Source: an uncultured Atopobiaceae bacterium
Lineage (GTDB): Bacteria; Actinomycetota; Coriobacteriia; Coriobacteriales; Atopobiaceae
Length of the DNA: 64,000 nt
NCBI GenBank assembly: GCA_963928085.1
Contig: CAWVDR010000002.1
Location: forward strand, 497,398-561,397
Direction of reading: 5' to 3'
In this document: one piece after another, positions 28,362 to 38,600 of the stretch
How the letters are laid out: every line of letters begins with the position of its first letter
Position numbering within the stretch: position 1 is the stretch's first letter
Position numbers and translations under genes: made by a program
Notes under the pieces: generated by a model
The model's input: only the letters and a program-made list of their open reading frames with translations
Told to the model about the DNA's origin: nothing
The model's database searches: none

Positions 28362-29645
28362 ATGCTCGACATCAAGTTCGTTCGCGAGAATCCCGACGTC
28401 GTGGACAAGGCGTGCGAGTCCCGTCAGAACGCGCACTGGGACCGCGAGAAGTTCTTCGAGCTTGACGAGGAGCGTCGCTCCGTCATCGTGGAGGTCGAGC
28501 GGCTCCAGGCGGAGCGCAACGCCGTCTCCAAGGAGATCGGCCAGCTCATGCGCGAGGGCAAGCGGGACGAGGCCGAGGCCGCCAAGGCGCGCGTCGCCGC
28601 CAACAAGGAGCGCATCGCCGAGCTCGACGACAAGCGCGACGAGGTCGAGCAGGAGCTCTTCGATCTGGTTGCCGCCATCCCCAACATCCCGCACGAGAGC
28701 GTCCCGTACGGCAAGGACGACTCCGACAACCCCGAGGTCCGCCGCTGGGGCACCCCGCGCGAGTTTGACTTCGAGGCAAAGGCGCACTGGGACCTTGGCC
28801 CGGACCTGGGAATCATCGACTTCGACCGCGGCGTCAAGATCGCCGGCGCGCGCTTCTACGCGCTCGGTGGCCTGGGCTCCCGCATGGAGCGCGCCCTCAT
28901 CAGCTTCATGATTGACATGCACGTCAAGGCCGGCTTCAAGGAGTGGTGGCTGCCCGTCATCACCAACCGCGAGACGCTCTTTGGCACGGGCCAGCTCCCC
29001 AAGTTCGAGGACGACCTCTACCACGTGAACCCGGACCTGTACCTCATCCCCACGGCCGAGGTCATGCTTACCAACCTGCACCGCGACGAGGTCCTGGACG
29101 CCTCCCAGCTGCCGCTGTGGTATACCGCCTTCACGCCGTGCTTCCGCGAGGAGGCGGGCTCGGCCGGCCGCGACACGCGCGGCATCATCCGCGTCCACCA
29201 GTTCGACAAGGTCGAGATGGTCAAGTTTGCCAAGCCCGAGGACTCGATGAACCAGCTCGAGAGCATGGTCGCCGAGGCCGAGGCGGTGCTGCAGGCCCTT
29301 GGCCTGCCCTATCACGTGGTCACGCTGTGCACCGGCGACATCGGCTTCTCTGCCACCAAGTGCTACGACCTCGAGGTGTGGCTGCCGAGCTACAACGCCT
29401 ACAAGGAGATCTCCTCCTGCTCCAACTGCTGGGACTTCCAGGCTCGTCGCGCCAACATCCGCTATCGCGACCCCGCGGAGTTCAAGGGGACGCGCCTTGT
29501 GCATACGCTCAACGGCTCCGGCCTTGCCGTGGGTCGCACGATGGCGGCCATCCTGGAGAACTACCAGAACGCAGACGGCAGCGTGACCGTGCCCGAGGCG
29601 CTGCGCCCCTATATGGGCGGCGTGGAGGTCATTCGCCCGGAGTAG
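28362..29645 (+). CDS. serS: Seryl-tRNA synthetase
   Basis: Starts [12 protein letters not shown] after GAGGAG. 427 aa with class II motifs (RVHQFDKVE and GSGLAVGRT). Confidence 0.95.
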   Translation: MLDIKFVRENPDVVDKACESRQNAHWDREKFFELDEERRSVIVEVERLQAERNAVSKEIGQLMREGKRDEAEAAKARVAANKERIAELDDKRDEVEQELFDLVAAIPNIPHESVPYGKDDSDNPEVRRWGTPREFDFEAKAHWDLGPDLGIIDFDRGVKIAGARFYALGGLGSRMERALISFMIDMHVKAGFKEWWLPVITNRETLFGTGQLPKFEDDLYHVNPDLYLIPTAEVMLTNLHRDEVLDASQLPLWYTAFTPCFREEAGSAGRDTRGIIRVHQFDKVEMVKFAKPEDSMNQLESMVAEAEAVLQALGLPYHVVTLCTGDIGFSATKCYDLEVWLPSYNAYKEISSCSNCWDFQARRANIRYRDPAEFKGTRLVHTLNGSGLAVGRTMAAILENYQNADGSVTVPEALRPYMGGVEVIRPE

Positions 29646-29747
29646 GACCGCTCGCCGAAGAGCCGCCCGCGCGAACGGTAGAACACTTGTTCGATACTGT
29701 GCTTCTGTGCTCTACTCTTTCCAGGAGACAGGGGAGAGGAGAGGCCG

Positions 29748-30077
29748 ATGCATGAGTGCGCGAGGGACGTTCGTCTGGTTAACGTTATCAAGGGGTCAGG
29801 TGGGGTCGTTGAGGTGCGCGAGCACCTGAGCGGCCCCTCCGCGCTTATCGCGTACGGCGAGGCGGAGCATGGCCTTCGGGTGCTGTTTGCACCGTCGTCC
29901 GTTTCCGGCGTGGAGCGCGCGGTCAACTGTATGGGATGCGCCTCGATCGAGGAGTACCTTGCGGACGATAAGAACGACGTCATTGACCTGATGGATCTGT
30001 GCGACGCCAGCGGTGTCGCCTACACGTTCGTGGGCATCGGCCCCAAGACCGGGGTGGTGTGCCGGCCGGTTTCGTAG
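29748..30077 (+). CDS. Hypothetical 109-aa protein
   Basis: Strong RBS GGAGAGGAGAGG before the ATG. I recognised no domain; the protein has five Cys residues. Confidence 0.45.
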   Translation: MHECARDVRLVNVIKGSGGVVEVREHLSGPSALIAYGEAEHGLRVLFAPSSVSGVERAVNCMGCASIEEYLADDKNDVIDLMDLCDASGVAYTFVGIGPKTGVVCRPVS

Positions 30078-30096
30078 GGGCGCCAGATAGCAAAAC

Positions 30097-30120
30097 GGGA
30101 GGCTCCCATGGGAGCCTCCC
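30097..30120. terminator. Bidirectional hairpin GGGAGGCTCC-CATG-GGAGCCTCCC
   Basis: Perfect 10-bp stem between the convergent 109-aa ORF and tRNA-Arg. Confidence 0.6.
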
Positions 30121-30130
30121 GAACTTTGCG

Positions 30131-30207
30131 TGGTGCGGCGTATAGGATTCGAACCTATGACGCCCTGATTCGTAGTCAGGTCCTCTATCCAGCTGAGGTA
30201 ACGCCGC
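30131..30207 (-). tRNA. tRNA-Arg (anticodon ACG), CCA encoded
   Basis: The reverse complement reads GCGGCGT ... CTACGAA loop ... GGTTCGAATCC ... ACGCCGC-A-CCA. An upstream TTGACT-N17-CAGTAT lies at 30220-30248. Confidence 0.9.
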
Positions 30208-30335
30208 GTGCAGTTGATAATACTGCCACGCCTTCTAGGCTAAGTCAAGGCAAAACGAGAAAAGTGTCGAAGATGTGGTGTCGGGCCACAAAATGAGCCC
30301 CCGACGGACGGACCGACGGGGGCTCATGAGTTGAC

Positions 30336-30427
30336 TGGCGGAGAGCTGGGGATTCGAACCCCAGATAGGATTTGCATCCTATACTCGCTTAGCAGGCGAG
30401 CACCTTCGGCCTCTCGGTCAGCTCTCC
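30336..30427 (-). tRNA. tRNA-Ser (anticodon GCT), long variable arm, CCA encoded
   Basis: The reverse complement reads GGAGAGC ... loop CTGCTAA ... 20-nt variable arm ... GGTTCGAATCC ... GCTCTCC-G-CCA. A hairpin at 30295-30325 lies downstream. Confidence 0.9.
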
Positions 30428-30467
30428 GTGGCTGGTGCTAGAGCATCATACCCCACAACGTTGGAAG

Positions 30468-31421
30468 TCACAACTTCTCTGCACGAAGACGGCCAAGAAG
30501 CGCCTCGTCCGCGACGATGTCCTCGCGGCGAAGCCGATTCCACGAGAAGTCGTGGGCGAGCTCCGCGGGCGTGGCCTCGCAACCGGCGCCCGCCAGGCCT
30601 GCGGCTGCGGCGAGCGTGCCTACCACGCGCTCGGCGGATACGCCCCGCTCGCGCAGGGCCCCCAGGTCGAGGTCCTTCTCCCGCTTGGAGAGGCGTCGGC
30701 CGTCCGGGGCCACGAGCAGGGGGACGTGTCCGTACTCGGGCGGCTCGAAGCCGAGCAGGCGACACAGGTAGATCTGGCGTGCGCAGGAGCCAAGCAGGTC
30801 GCGCCCGCGCACGACCTGCGTCACGCCCATGAGGGCGTCGTCCACCACAACGGCCAGCTGGTATGCCACCACGCCGTCGCTGCGTCGCACGAGAAAGTCG
30901 CCGCACTCGCGGGCGAGGACCTCACGCTGCGGCCCGTACGCCAGGTCGCAGAACGCAATCGTTCCCGCGGGGTCATCGGCGTCGGGCACGCGCAGACGCG
31001 TGGCCGGTGGCCGGACGGCCGCACGGCGCGCGACCTCCTCGGCATCGAGCCCGCGGCACGTTCCGGCGTAGACCGGCGTGCCGTCGGAGGCGTGGGGGGC
31101 GCTCGCGGCGTGCAGCTCGGCGCGCGAGCAGAAGCAGGGGTAGGTGAGACCGGCCCGCGCGAGCCGCTCGATGGCGTCGTCGTAGGCGCTGCCGCGCTCG
31201 CTCTGCCAGAAGGGCCCCTCGTCCCAGTCGAGCCCCAGCCAGCGCAGGTCGTCCATCAGGAGCTCCGCGCGCTCGCGACTCGCGGCGCGCGGGTCCAGGT
31301 CCTCGATGCGCAGCACCATCTCGCCGCCCGCGGCGCGCACGGAGAGCCATGCCACCAGCGCTGCGAACACGTTGCCCAGGTGCATCCGCCCCGAGGGCGT
31401 CGGCGCAAACCGTCCGCGCAC
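30468..31421 (-). CDS. gluQ: tRNA glutamyl-Q(34) synthetase (GluRS catalytic-domain paralog)
   Basis: 317 aa starting RFAPTPSGRMHLGN, with a KLSKR-like motif (RLSKREK). There is no anticodon-binding domain. Confidence 0.8.
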   Translation of the reverse strand: MRGRFAPTPSGRMHLGNVFAALVAWLSVRAAGGEMVLRIEDLDPRAASRERAELLMDDLRWLGLDWDEGPFWQSERGSAYDDAIERLARAGLTYPCFCSRAELHAASAPHASDGTPVYAGTCRGLDAEEVARRAAVRPPATRLRVPDADDPAGTIAFCDLAYGPQREVLARECGDFLVRRSDGVVAYQLAVVVDDALMGVTQVVRGRDLLGSCARQIYLCRLLGFEPPEYGHVPLLVAPDGRRLSKREKDLDLGALRERGVSAERVVGTLAAAAGLAGAGCEATPAELAHDFSWNRLRREDIVADEALLGRLRAEKL

Positions 31422-32071
31422 TAGAGCTCCTGCTCGTAGACGTAGACGTGGAACTCGTCTTTCTCCGGGTCTACGCCGGGCCAGTAGGCGCGCGAGCGGC
31501 GGCGCCTGGCCTGGGTGAGGCCCTTATGCTCGTAGAACCCAAAGTCGCAGCTGTCGTTGGTGAGCAGGTGATAGCCGCGGGCGCCCGTCTCGCGCAGGTG
31601 ATCGAGCGCGGCCGAGAAGAGCCTCCCGCCGAGCCCCAGGCCCTTGGCGTCCGGGGAGACGATCAGCAGCTTCACCGCGGCGTCGGCGCCCGCGGGCTCC
31701 TCGGCGGCATACTCGCGCTCGAGCTCGGCCTCCTCGTGCACGCCGTCCATCTCCACGCGCACGGCCTCCGCGAGCGCCTCGTCCTTCTCGGCCACCCTCG
31801 TCAGGCGCGCCTCGAGCTCGGCCCAGCCGGCGCCGCCCGTGACCTCGCGTCCCCGCTCGGCGAGAAGTACCACGCCCAGGATCTCCCCATCGCGCTCGGC
31901 GAGGAGCGACCACGTGGTCTGCGCCAGGTAGTGCGCGAGCTCGATCTGGCTCGCAGCACGCTGCGCCGGCTCGTCGAACTCCGGGAGCCAGGTGCGTCCG
32001 AGCAGCTCCGCCGCGCGCTCGAAGTCCTCCGGCGCGAAGGCGCGCCACGTCAACTTTTCAGTCTGCGTCAT
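31421..32071 (-). CDS. GNAT-family N-acetyltransferase
   Basis: ATG at 32071 after GGAGG. Acetyl-CoA motif VSPDAKGLGLGGRLF. Confidence 0.75.
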   Translation of the reverse strand: MTQTEKLTWRAFAPEDFERAAELLGRTWLPEFDEPAQRAASQIELAHYLAQTTWSLLAERDGEILGVVLLAERGREVTGGAGWAELEARLTRVAEKDEALAEAVRVEMDGVHEEAELEREYAAEEPAGADAAVKLLIVSPDAKGLGLGGRLFSAALDHLRETGARGYHLLTNDSCDFGFYEHKGLTQARRRRSRAYWPGVDPEKDEFHVYVYEQEL

Positions 32072-32140
32072 GTTGTCCTCCAGCTGCGCTATCGTAGACA
32101 CGACGGTACATCATGTCGTCTTCAAACCCAAGGAGGGGCC

Positions 32141-33778
32141 ATGGCAGACACTCCCATCAAGCGGGCGCTCGTCTCCGTTACGGACAAGACCGGCGTCGTC
32201 GCCTTCGTCAAGGCGCTCGAGGACGAGTTTGGCGTCGAGGTGATTTCCACCGGCGGCACCGCGCGCGTGCTCGAGGAGGCCGGCGTTCACGTGGTGCCCA
32301 TCGAGCAGTACACGGGCTTCCCGGAGATGATGGACGGCCGCGTGAAGACGCTGCACCCCAAGGTGCACGGCGGCCTGCTCGCCCGTCGCGACAACCCGTC
32401 CCACATGGCCGAGGCCGCCGAGCACGGCATCGGCATGATCGACCTCGTTGTCGTGAACCTCTACGAGTTCGAGAAGACCGTGGCCAACCCCGAGGTCACC
32501 TTCGACGACGCCATCGAGCACATCGACATCGGTGGCCCCTCCATGCTGCGCTCCGCGGCCAAGAACGCCGACTCCGTGACCGTGGTCTCCGACCCGGACG
32601 ACTACGACGAGGTCCTGGACACCATGCGCGCCATGGGCGGCTGCACCACGCTCGAGCTGCGCCGCTACCTGCAGCTCAAGGTCTACGAGACCACGGCCTG
32701 CTACGACGCGGCCATCGCCAGCTGGCTGGCCGACCGCTACGACGAGGACTTCCCCGAGGAGCTCGAGGACGCCGAGGACGCCCCTACCACCCCGGACGAG
32801 CTGGGCGTCTACCTGGAGAAGGTCGACGACCTGCGCTACGGCGAGAACCCCCAGCAGACGGCTGCCGTCTACCGCTTTGTGGACGACTTCGCCGAGCTGG
32901 GCTCCTCCGAGTACCCGCTCGTGGGCGCCGAGCAGCTCCAGGGCAAGCCGCTCTCCTACAACAACTACCTGGACGCGGACGCCGCATGGAACCTCGTGCG
33001 CGAGTTCGACGGCCCGGCCTGCGTGATCCTCAAGCACCAGAACCCCTGCGGCTCCGCCGTGGCCGACGACGTCACCTGCGCCTACGACCGCGCCTTCGCG
33101 TGCGACCCCAAGAGTGCCTTCGGCGGCATCATCGCCTGCAACCGCGAGGTGCCCTTCGAGCTCGTGGAGCACGCCTTTGACGAGAACGGCCAGTTCGTCG
33201 AGGTCATCATCGCCCCGAGCTACACACCCGAGGCCGTCGAGCGCATGGCCAAGCGCCCCAACCTGCGCGTGCTGGCCACCGGCGGCGTGGGCGCCCACGC
33301 CGAGTACGAGCTGCGCTCCATCGACGGCGGCGTGCTGCTGCAGAACGTGGACTCCGTCTCCGAGGACCCCGAGACCTTCACCTGCCCGACGGAGCGCAAG
33401 CCCACGCCGGAGGAGATGGACGAGCTCATGTTTGCCTGGCGCGTCTGCAAGGGCGTGAAGTCCAACGCGATTCTCGTCTCCAAGGGCAAGGCCGGCATCG
33501 GCATGGGCCCGGGCCAACCCAACCGCGTTGACTCCGCGCTGCTCGCCTGCGAGCGCGCCGACGAGGCCTGCGAGCGCATGGGCGTGGAGAAGGGCAGCTA
33601 CGCCTGCGCGTCCGACGCCTTCTTCCCGTTCCGCGACAACGTGGACGTGCTCGCCGAGCACGGCGTGACCTGCATCATCCAGCCCGGCGGCTCCAAGCGC
33701 GACGACGAGTCCATCGAGGCCTGCAACGAGCACGGCATCGCGATGGTCTTTACCGGCAACCGCCACTTCCGCCACTAG
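32141..33778 (+). CDS. purH: Bifunctional AICAR formyltransferase/IMP cyclohydrolase
   Basis: Starts [18 protein letters not shown] after AGGAGGGG. Contains [13 protein letters not shown]. Confidence 0.95.
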   Translation: MADTPIKRALVSVTDKTGVVAFVKALEDEFGVEVISTGGTARVLEEAGVHVVPIEQYTGFPEMMDGRVKTLHPKVHGGLLARRDNPSHMAEAAEHGIGMIDLVVVNLYEFEKTVANPEVTFDDAIEHIDIGGPSMLRSAAKNADSVTVVSDPDDYDEVLDTMRAMGGCTTLELRRYLQLKVYETTACYDAAIASWLADRYDEDFPEELEDAEDAPTTPDELGVYLEKVDDLRYGENPQQTAAVYRFVDDFAELGSSEYPLVGAEQLQGKPLSYNNYLDADAAWNLVREFDGPACVILKHQNPCGSAVADDVTCAYDRAFACDPKSAFGGIIACNREVPFELVEHAFDENGQFVEVIIAPSYTPEAVERMAKRPNLRVLATGGVGAHAEYELRSIDGGVLLQNVDSVSEDPETFTCPTERKPTPEEMDELMFAWRVCKGVKSNAILVSKGKAGIGMGPGQPNRVDSALLACERADEACERMGVEKGSYACASDAFFPFRDNVDVLAEHGVTCIIQPGGSKRDDESIEACNEHGIAMVFTGNRHFRH

Positions 33779-33851
33779 GATACGAAGGGACAGTCCCTTC
33801 GTATCATTTACGCCCCGGCCGGCCCCGCGCCTGCCGGGGCGTCTCGTTTTC
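33779..33851 (+). terminator. Family palindrome GATACGAAGGGAC-A-GTCCCTTCGTATC (copy 2) plus a second GC hairpin with a T tract
   Basis: The palindrome starts 1 nt after the purH TAG. The second stem is ACGCCCCGG/CCGGGGCGT, followed by CTCGTTTTC. Confidence 0.75.
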
Positions 33852-33873
33852 TGGGCCCTTGCCACGGCGCGAT

Positions 33874-34031
33874 CTTGGAATTGCGGGGGTTGTCCGACCA
33901 CACCGTCCTTCTCGCCAGCAAAAGCGCGCTTTTGTGGGCGTCGTCAGGACAAGGGCTGCGAATTTAGGAAAGCCGTGCGACAAGGGCGGCAATTCGTAGA
34001 ATGCCCGTGACAACCTCGCCAATTCCAAGAA
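33874..34031. repeat. Modular 30-bp-unit repeat array, locus B
   Basis: One reverse unit (CTTGGAATTGCGGGGGTTGTCC), the central palindrome CAAAAGCGCGCTTTTG (33919-33934), and three forward units starting at 33948, 33979 and 34009. Confidence 0.7.
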
Positions 34032-34083
34032 GGCTCCGTCGCTCGCGCCGCGCTAGAATGTGAGCCCCGTGGAAGGAGGCGCC

Positions 34084-34767
34084 ATGACAGCCGAGAAGAA
34101 CGACCAGCCCCAGATGGAAAACTTCACGCTCGGGCGCCCGGCGCTCGTCTGCCGGTGGCGCCTCGCTGACCGCGCGCTTCCGCTCGAGAACCGTCACCTG
34201 CGCGCTTTGGGCGGGCGGACCGTCGACGGGACACCCGTGTCGACCCAGCTCGTCGCCTGGGCCAAGCAGCACATCGAGTGGACGCTCTCGGACGGGGCGG
34301 CGCGCTACCCAGATGGCGTGCTCATGGTCATCGTCGACGAGGAGGGGCGCGCCGCCATGAGCGTGGGCCCCTACGAGCCGCTTGCCGTGACGACGACCTC
34401 GGCGCTCGCCGAGCGCGCACTTCATGCCGGAAACGAGGCGCAGGCCACGAGCGTTGCCCCGGAGGAGCTCTGGGGGGTGAGGGGAGACCGTCTCGTGCGA
34501 GGCGGGTCGACCGACCGGCAGGCGTCGGGCACCGCGTCCCTCGTCATCGACCTCGCGCGTACCATGGGCATTCCTCTGTCCGTGGAAGAGGGGCTGGCCC
34601 GCTCGGTCATGGACGGCTCGGCGGGCCTCGACGAGGCATTCCTCGTCTCCGACGAACATGGGGTGGTTCCGGCCTCCGACGCACCGGGTCCGCGCGCCCG
34701 GCGCCTTGCCGAGGGCTACGCGCGCCTGCTCGGAAGCATCCGCCAACGGAATCGAAGGGGCGTCTGA
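34084..34767 (+). CDS. Hypothetical protein, weakly reminiscent of the class IV aminotransferase/ADC-lyase fold
   Basis: ATG at 34084 after GGAAGGAGG. The C-terminal EAFLVSDEHGVVP resembles the family motif, but the match is weak. Confidence 0.4.
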   Translation: MTAEKNDQPQMENFTLGRPALVCRWRLADRALPLENRHLRALGGRTVDGTPVSTQLVAWAKQHIEWTLSDGAARYPDGVLMVIVDEEGRAAMSVGPYEPLAVTTTSALAERALHAGNEAQATSVAPEELWGVRGDRLVRGGSTDRQASGTASLVIDLARTMGIPLSVEEGLARSVMDGSAGLDEAFLVSDEHGVVPASDAPGPRARRLAEGYARLLGSIRQRNRRGV

Positions 34768-34822
34768 GGGCGTCATCGGGTATAAGGAGGGGACCGCTTG
34801 GCGTCCGTCAGAGGAGGGCATC

Positions 34823-35500
34823 ATGAGCGATGACGTCCACGGCGCACATCCCGAGGGAACTCCCCGGCAGACGCGGCCACCCGTCCCGGGAGCTCCGGTT
34901 CCTCCCATCGCGCCCGAGTCCGCGCCCGAGCCGTCAAGCTGGGATCGCATCGGCGGCGGCCTGCTTGCCTTCATAATCCTGCAGGCGATCCAGACCTTCG
35001 CCCTGCTCTCGGACTTCCCGTCCGCACTGGAGGACGCGCTCGAGAGCGTCATGGCTCGCGGCCTCGGCATTTTTGGGCTTGCGCAGGCCGCGTCCGAGTG
35101 GATAGCGCTCGCGACGCTCGTGGGCTATGCCGTGGTCATCATCGTCGCCATGGTCCAGCTCGTGCAGCGCCACCCCTCCTTCCTGCGCAACTTCCAGATC
35201 GCCGGAATCATCGCCGTCATCGGCAACCTCGCTGTGTTCCTCATCATGGAGGCCGTCCACGTCTATTACTCGACGAGCCCCGACGTGGTCGGCTACGAGC
35301 CCTCGTACGGCTACTCATGGGAGGCGGGCTCGCACTGGACGCTGGTGATCCTGGCTCTCATGTGGACGATCTTCTGGACGCTGTACTTCGCGCGCTCGGT
35401 GCGCATGCGCCACTACATGAGCCCCGACAACCCCTACACCACGGCCAACGGCCTTCCTTATGTGGAACGGGCCCTCTTTGGCAAGGGGATGCGCGGATAG
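34823..35500 (+). CDS. Hypothetical polytopic membrane protein with a Pro-rich N-terminus
   Basis: ATG at 34823 after GAGGAGGG. Four or five hydrophobic helices. Confidence 0.5.
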   Translation: MSDDVHGAHPEGTPRQTRPPVPGAPVPPIAPESAPEPSSWDRIGGGLLAFIILQAIQTFALLSDFPSALEDALESVMARGLGIFGLAQAASEWIALATLVGYAVVIIVAMVQLVQRHPSFLRNFQIAGIIAVIGNLAVFLIMEAVHVYYSTSPDVVGYEPSYGYSWEAGSHWTLVILALMWTIFWTLYFARSVRMRHYMSPDNPYTTANGLPYVERALFGKGMRG

Positions 35501-35692
35501 GGGCACCGCCCTGTGCGCCGCCGCTCGCCGCCGCCGCGCGTTTGCCGAGCGCTCACCGCTCTTCTCGTCCGACTGGCTCATTTTGGGTAGTACTATGAGT
35601 GTGAATGGGCCACGGTCCTCTTCCGTCATGCGCCTGTGACGGGTCGGACCTGCCCACGAGGGATTCGTTGGAATCGCTACGAAGGAGAGGAT

Positions 35693-38600
35693 ATGGCTCG
35701 CAAGTTTAAGTCCATGGACGGCAACGAGGCGGCATCGTACGTCTCGTATGCGTTCACCGAGGTGGCGGGCATCTACCCGATCACCCCGTCCAGCCCCATG
35801 GCCGACCACGTCGACCAGTGGGCCGCTCAGGGCATGAAGAACGTCTTTGGCACCCCGGTCAAGGTTGTCGAGATGGAGTCCGAGGCGGGCGCCGCGGGCA
35901 CCGTCCACGGCTCGCTCGGCGCCGGCGCCCTCACGACCACCTACACGGCGTCGCAGGGCCTGCTCCTCATGATCCCCAACATGTACAAGATCGCCGGCGA
36001 GGGCCTTCCGGGCGTCTTCCACGTGTCCGCCCGTACCGTGGCCTCCCACGCCCTCAACATCTTTGGCGATCACTCCGACGTCATGGCCTGCCGCCAGACC
36101 GGCTTTGCCATGCTCGCCGAGGGCAACGTCCAGGAGGTCATGGACCTCGCGCCGGTGGCCCACCTCGCGGCCATCGAGGGCAAGGTGCCGTTCCTGAACT
36201 TCTTCGACGGCTTCCGCACCTCCCACGAGATCCAGAAGGTCGCGGTCTGGGACTTCGACGACCTCAAGGACATGCTGGACATGGACGCCGTCCAGGCGTT
36301 CCGCGACCACGCCCTCAACCCGGAGCACCCGCACGCCCGCGGCTCCCACGAGAACGGCGACATCTTCTTCCAGCACCGCGAGGCCTGCAACAAGGCCTAC
36401 GACGCGCTGCCCGCCGTGGTCCAGTCCTACATGGACAAGATCAACGAGAAGCTCGGCACGAGCTATCACCTCTTCGACTACTACGGCGCCGATGACGCCG
36501 ACCGCGTCGTGGTCTGCATGGGCTCCTTCTGCGACACCCTCGAGGAGGTCATCGACTACCTCAACGCCCACGGCGAGAAGGTCGGCCTCGTGAAGGTCCG
36601 CCTGTACCGTCCATGGTCCGTCGAGGACTTCGTGGCCGCGCTGCCCGCGACCGTCAAGAAGATCGCCGTGCTCGACCGCACCAAGGAGCCCGGCTCCATC
36701 GGCGAGCCCCTCTACCAGGACGTCATCACCGCCCTCTACGAGGCCGGCAAGTCCGAGATCACCGTCGTCGGCGGCCGCTACGGCCTCGGCTCCAAGGACG
36801 AGCCGCCCGCAGCCGCCTTCGCCGTCTACAAGGAGCTCGAGAAGGACGCCCCCGCCCGCGAGTTCACCATCGGCATCGTGGACGACGTCACCAACCTCTC
36901 CCTCCCCATGGACCCGGACGCCCCCAACACGGCCGACCCGTCCACGATCGAGTGCAAGTTCTGGGGCCTCGGCGGCGACGGCACCGTCGGCGCCAACAAG
37001 AACTCCATCAAGATCATCGGCGACCACACGGACAAGTACGTCCAGGCCTACTTCCAGTACGACTCCAAGAAGACCGGCGGCGTCACGATCTCGCACCTGC
37101 GCTTCGGTGACTCCCCGATCCGCTCGCCGTACTACATCAACAAGGCCAACTTCGTCGCCTGCCACAACCCGTCCTACATCATCAAGGGCTTCCCGATGGT
37201 GCGCGACGTCAAGCCGGGCGGCACGTTCCTGGTGAACTGCCAGTGGTCCGACGAGGAGTTCGCCTCCCACCTGCCGGCCGTGGCCAAGCGCTACATCGCC
37301 AAGAACAACATCAACGTCTACCTGATCGACGCCATCGACCTCGCCGAGAAGGTCGGCATGGGCAAGCGCACCAACACGGTGCTGCAGTCCGCGTTCTTCT
37401 CGCTGGCGCAGGTCCTTCCCGCCGAGGACGCCATTCAGTACATGAAGGACGCCGCGGAGAAGTCCTACGCCAAGAAGGGCCAGAACATCGTCGAGGCCAA
37501 CTGGAAGGCCATCGACGCCGGCGCCACCGCGTACCGCAAGTTCGAGGTGCCCGCCGACTGGGCCACCGCCGAGGACGAGAAGGTCGAGCTCACGCTTGAG
37601 GGCCGCGAGGCCATCGTCAAGCAGGTTCGCGAGCTCATGGAGCCCATCAACCGCATGGACGGCGACTCGCTGCCCGTCTCCAAGTTCGTCGACGTCGCCG
37701 ACGGCCAGTGGGAGCTCGGTGCCTCCGCGTACGAGAAGCGCGGCGTTGCCGTCATGGTTCCGCACTGGGACGAGTCCAAGTGCATCCAGTGCAACCAGTG
37801 CTCCTTCGTGTGCCCGCACGCCACGATTCGCCCGATCGTCATGAACGCCGACGAGCAGGCAGCCGCTCCCGAGGAGATGCGCCGCATCGACGTCATGGTT
37901 CCCAAGAACTCCGGCCTCACCTTCACCATGGCCATCAGCCCGCTCGACTGCATGGGCTGCACCAACTGCGTCAAGGTCTGCCCGAAGGGCGCCCTCACGA
38001 TGGTGCCGCAGGAGTCCGAGCTCGACCAGGCTCCGGTGTGGGACTACGCGGTGAACAAGGTCTCCGAGAAGAAGGAGCTCGTGGCCGCCAACGTCAAGGG
38101 CAGCCAGTTCGCCAAGCCGTACCTCGAGTTCTCCGGCTCCTGCGCCGGCTGCGCCGAGACCGCCTACGCGCGCCTCGTCACGCAGGTCTGCGGTGAGCGC
38201 ATGTTCATCTCCAACGCCACCGGCTGCTCCTCCATCTGGGGCAACCCCGCTGCCACCTCGCCCTTCACGGTCAACGAGTGCGGCCACGGCCCGGCGTGGA
38301 ACAATTCCCTCTTCGAGGACAACGCCGAGCACGGCCTGGGTCTCGCCCTTGGCTACGACGCCGTCCAGGAGAAGATCGTCGCCGAGACCGAGCAGCTCCT
38401 CCAGTCCGACTGCGCGTCCGACGCGCTGAAGGAGGCCGCCACGGCCTGGCTCGAGAGCCGCAAGGACACCGAGGCCAGCAAGACCACTGCCGCCGCCTAC
38501 GTCGCCGAGCTCGAGAAGGCCGACTGCGACACCGCCAAGGCCATCCTCGCCGACAAGTCCTACCTCACCAAGAAGGCCTTCTGGATCTTCGGCGGCGACG

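Noticed and set aside
27888-29504. 538-aa minus-strand ORF opposite serS
   Set aside because: It is antisense to an unambiguous seryl-tRNA synthetase. It was useful only because its tail translates the right repeat arm.
26501-30427. tRNA-associated genomic island or prophage remnant (four tRNA genes within 4 kb)
   Set aside because: There is no integrase, no att-like direct repeat of a tRNA 3' end, and no phage genes. The genes between the tRNAs are serS and small hypothetical genes. Only the IR-bounded ORF looks accessory, and it is reported separately.
33964-35070. 368-aa minus-strand ORF covering two plus-strand genes and a repeat array
   Set aside because: The translation is low-complexity and Arg-rich, and it crosses an intergenic repeat locus. 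The plus-strand ORFs have good RBS sequences.
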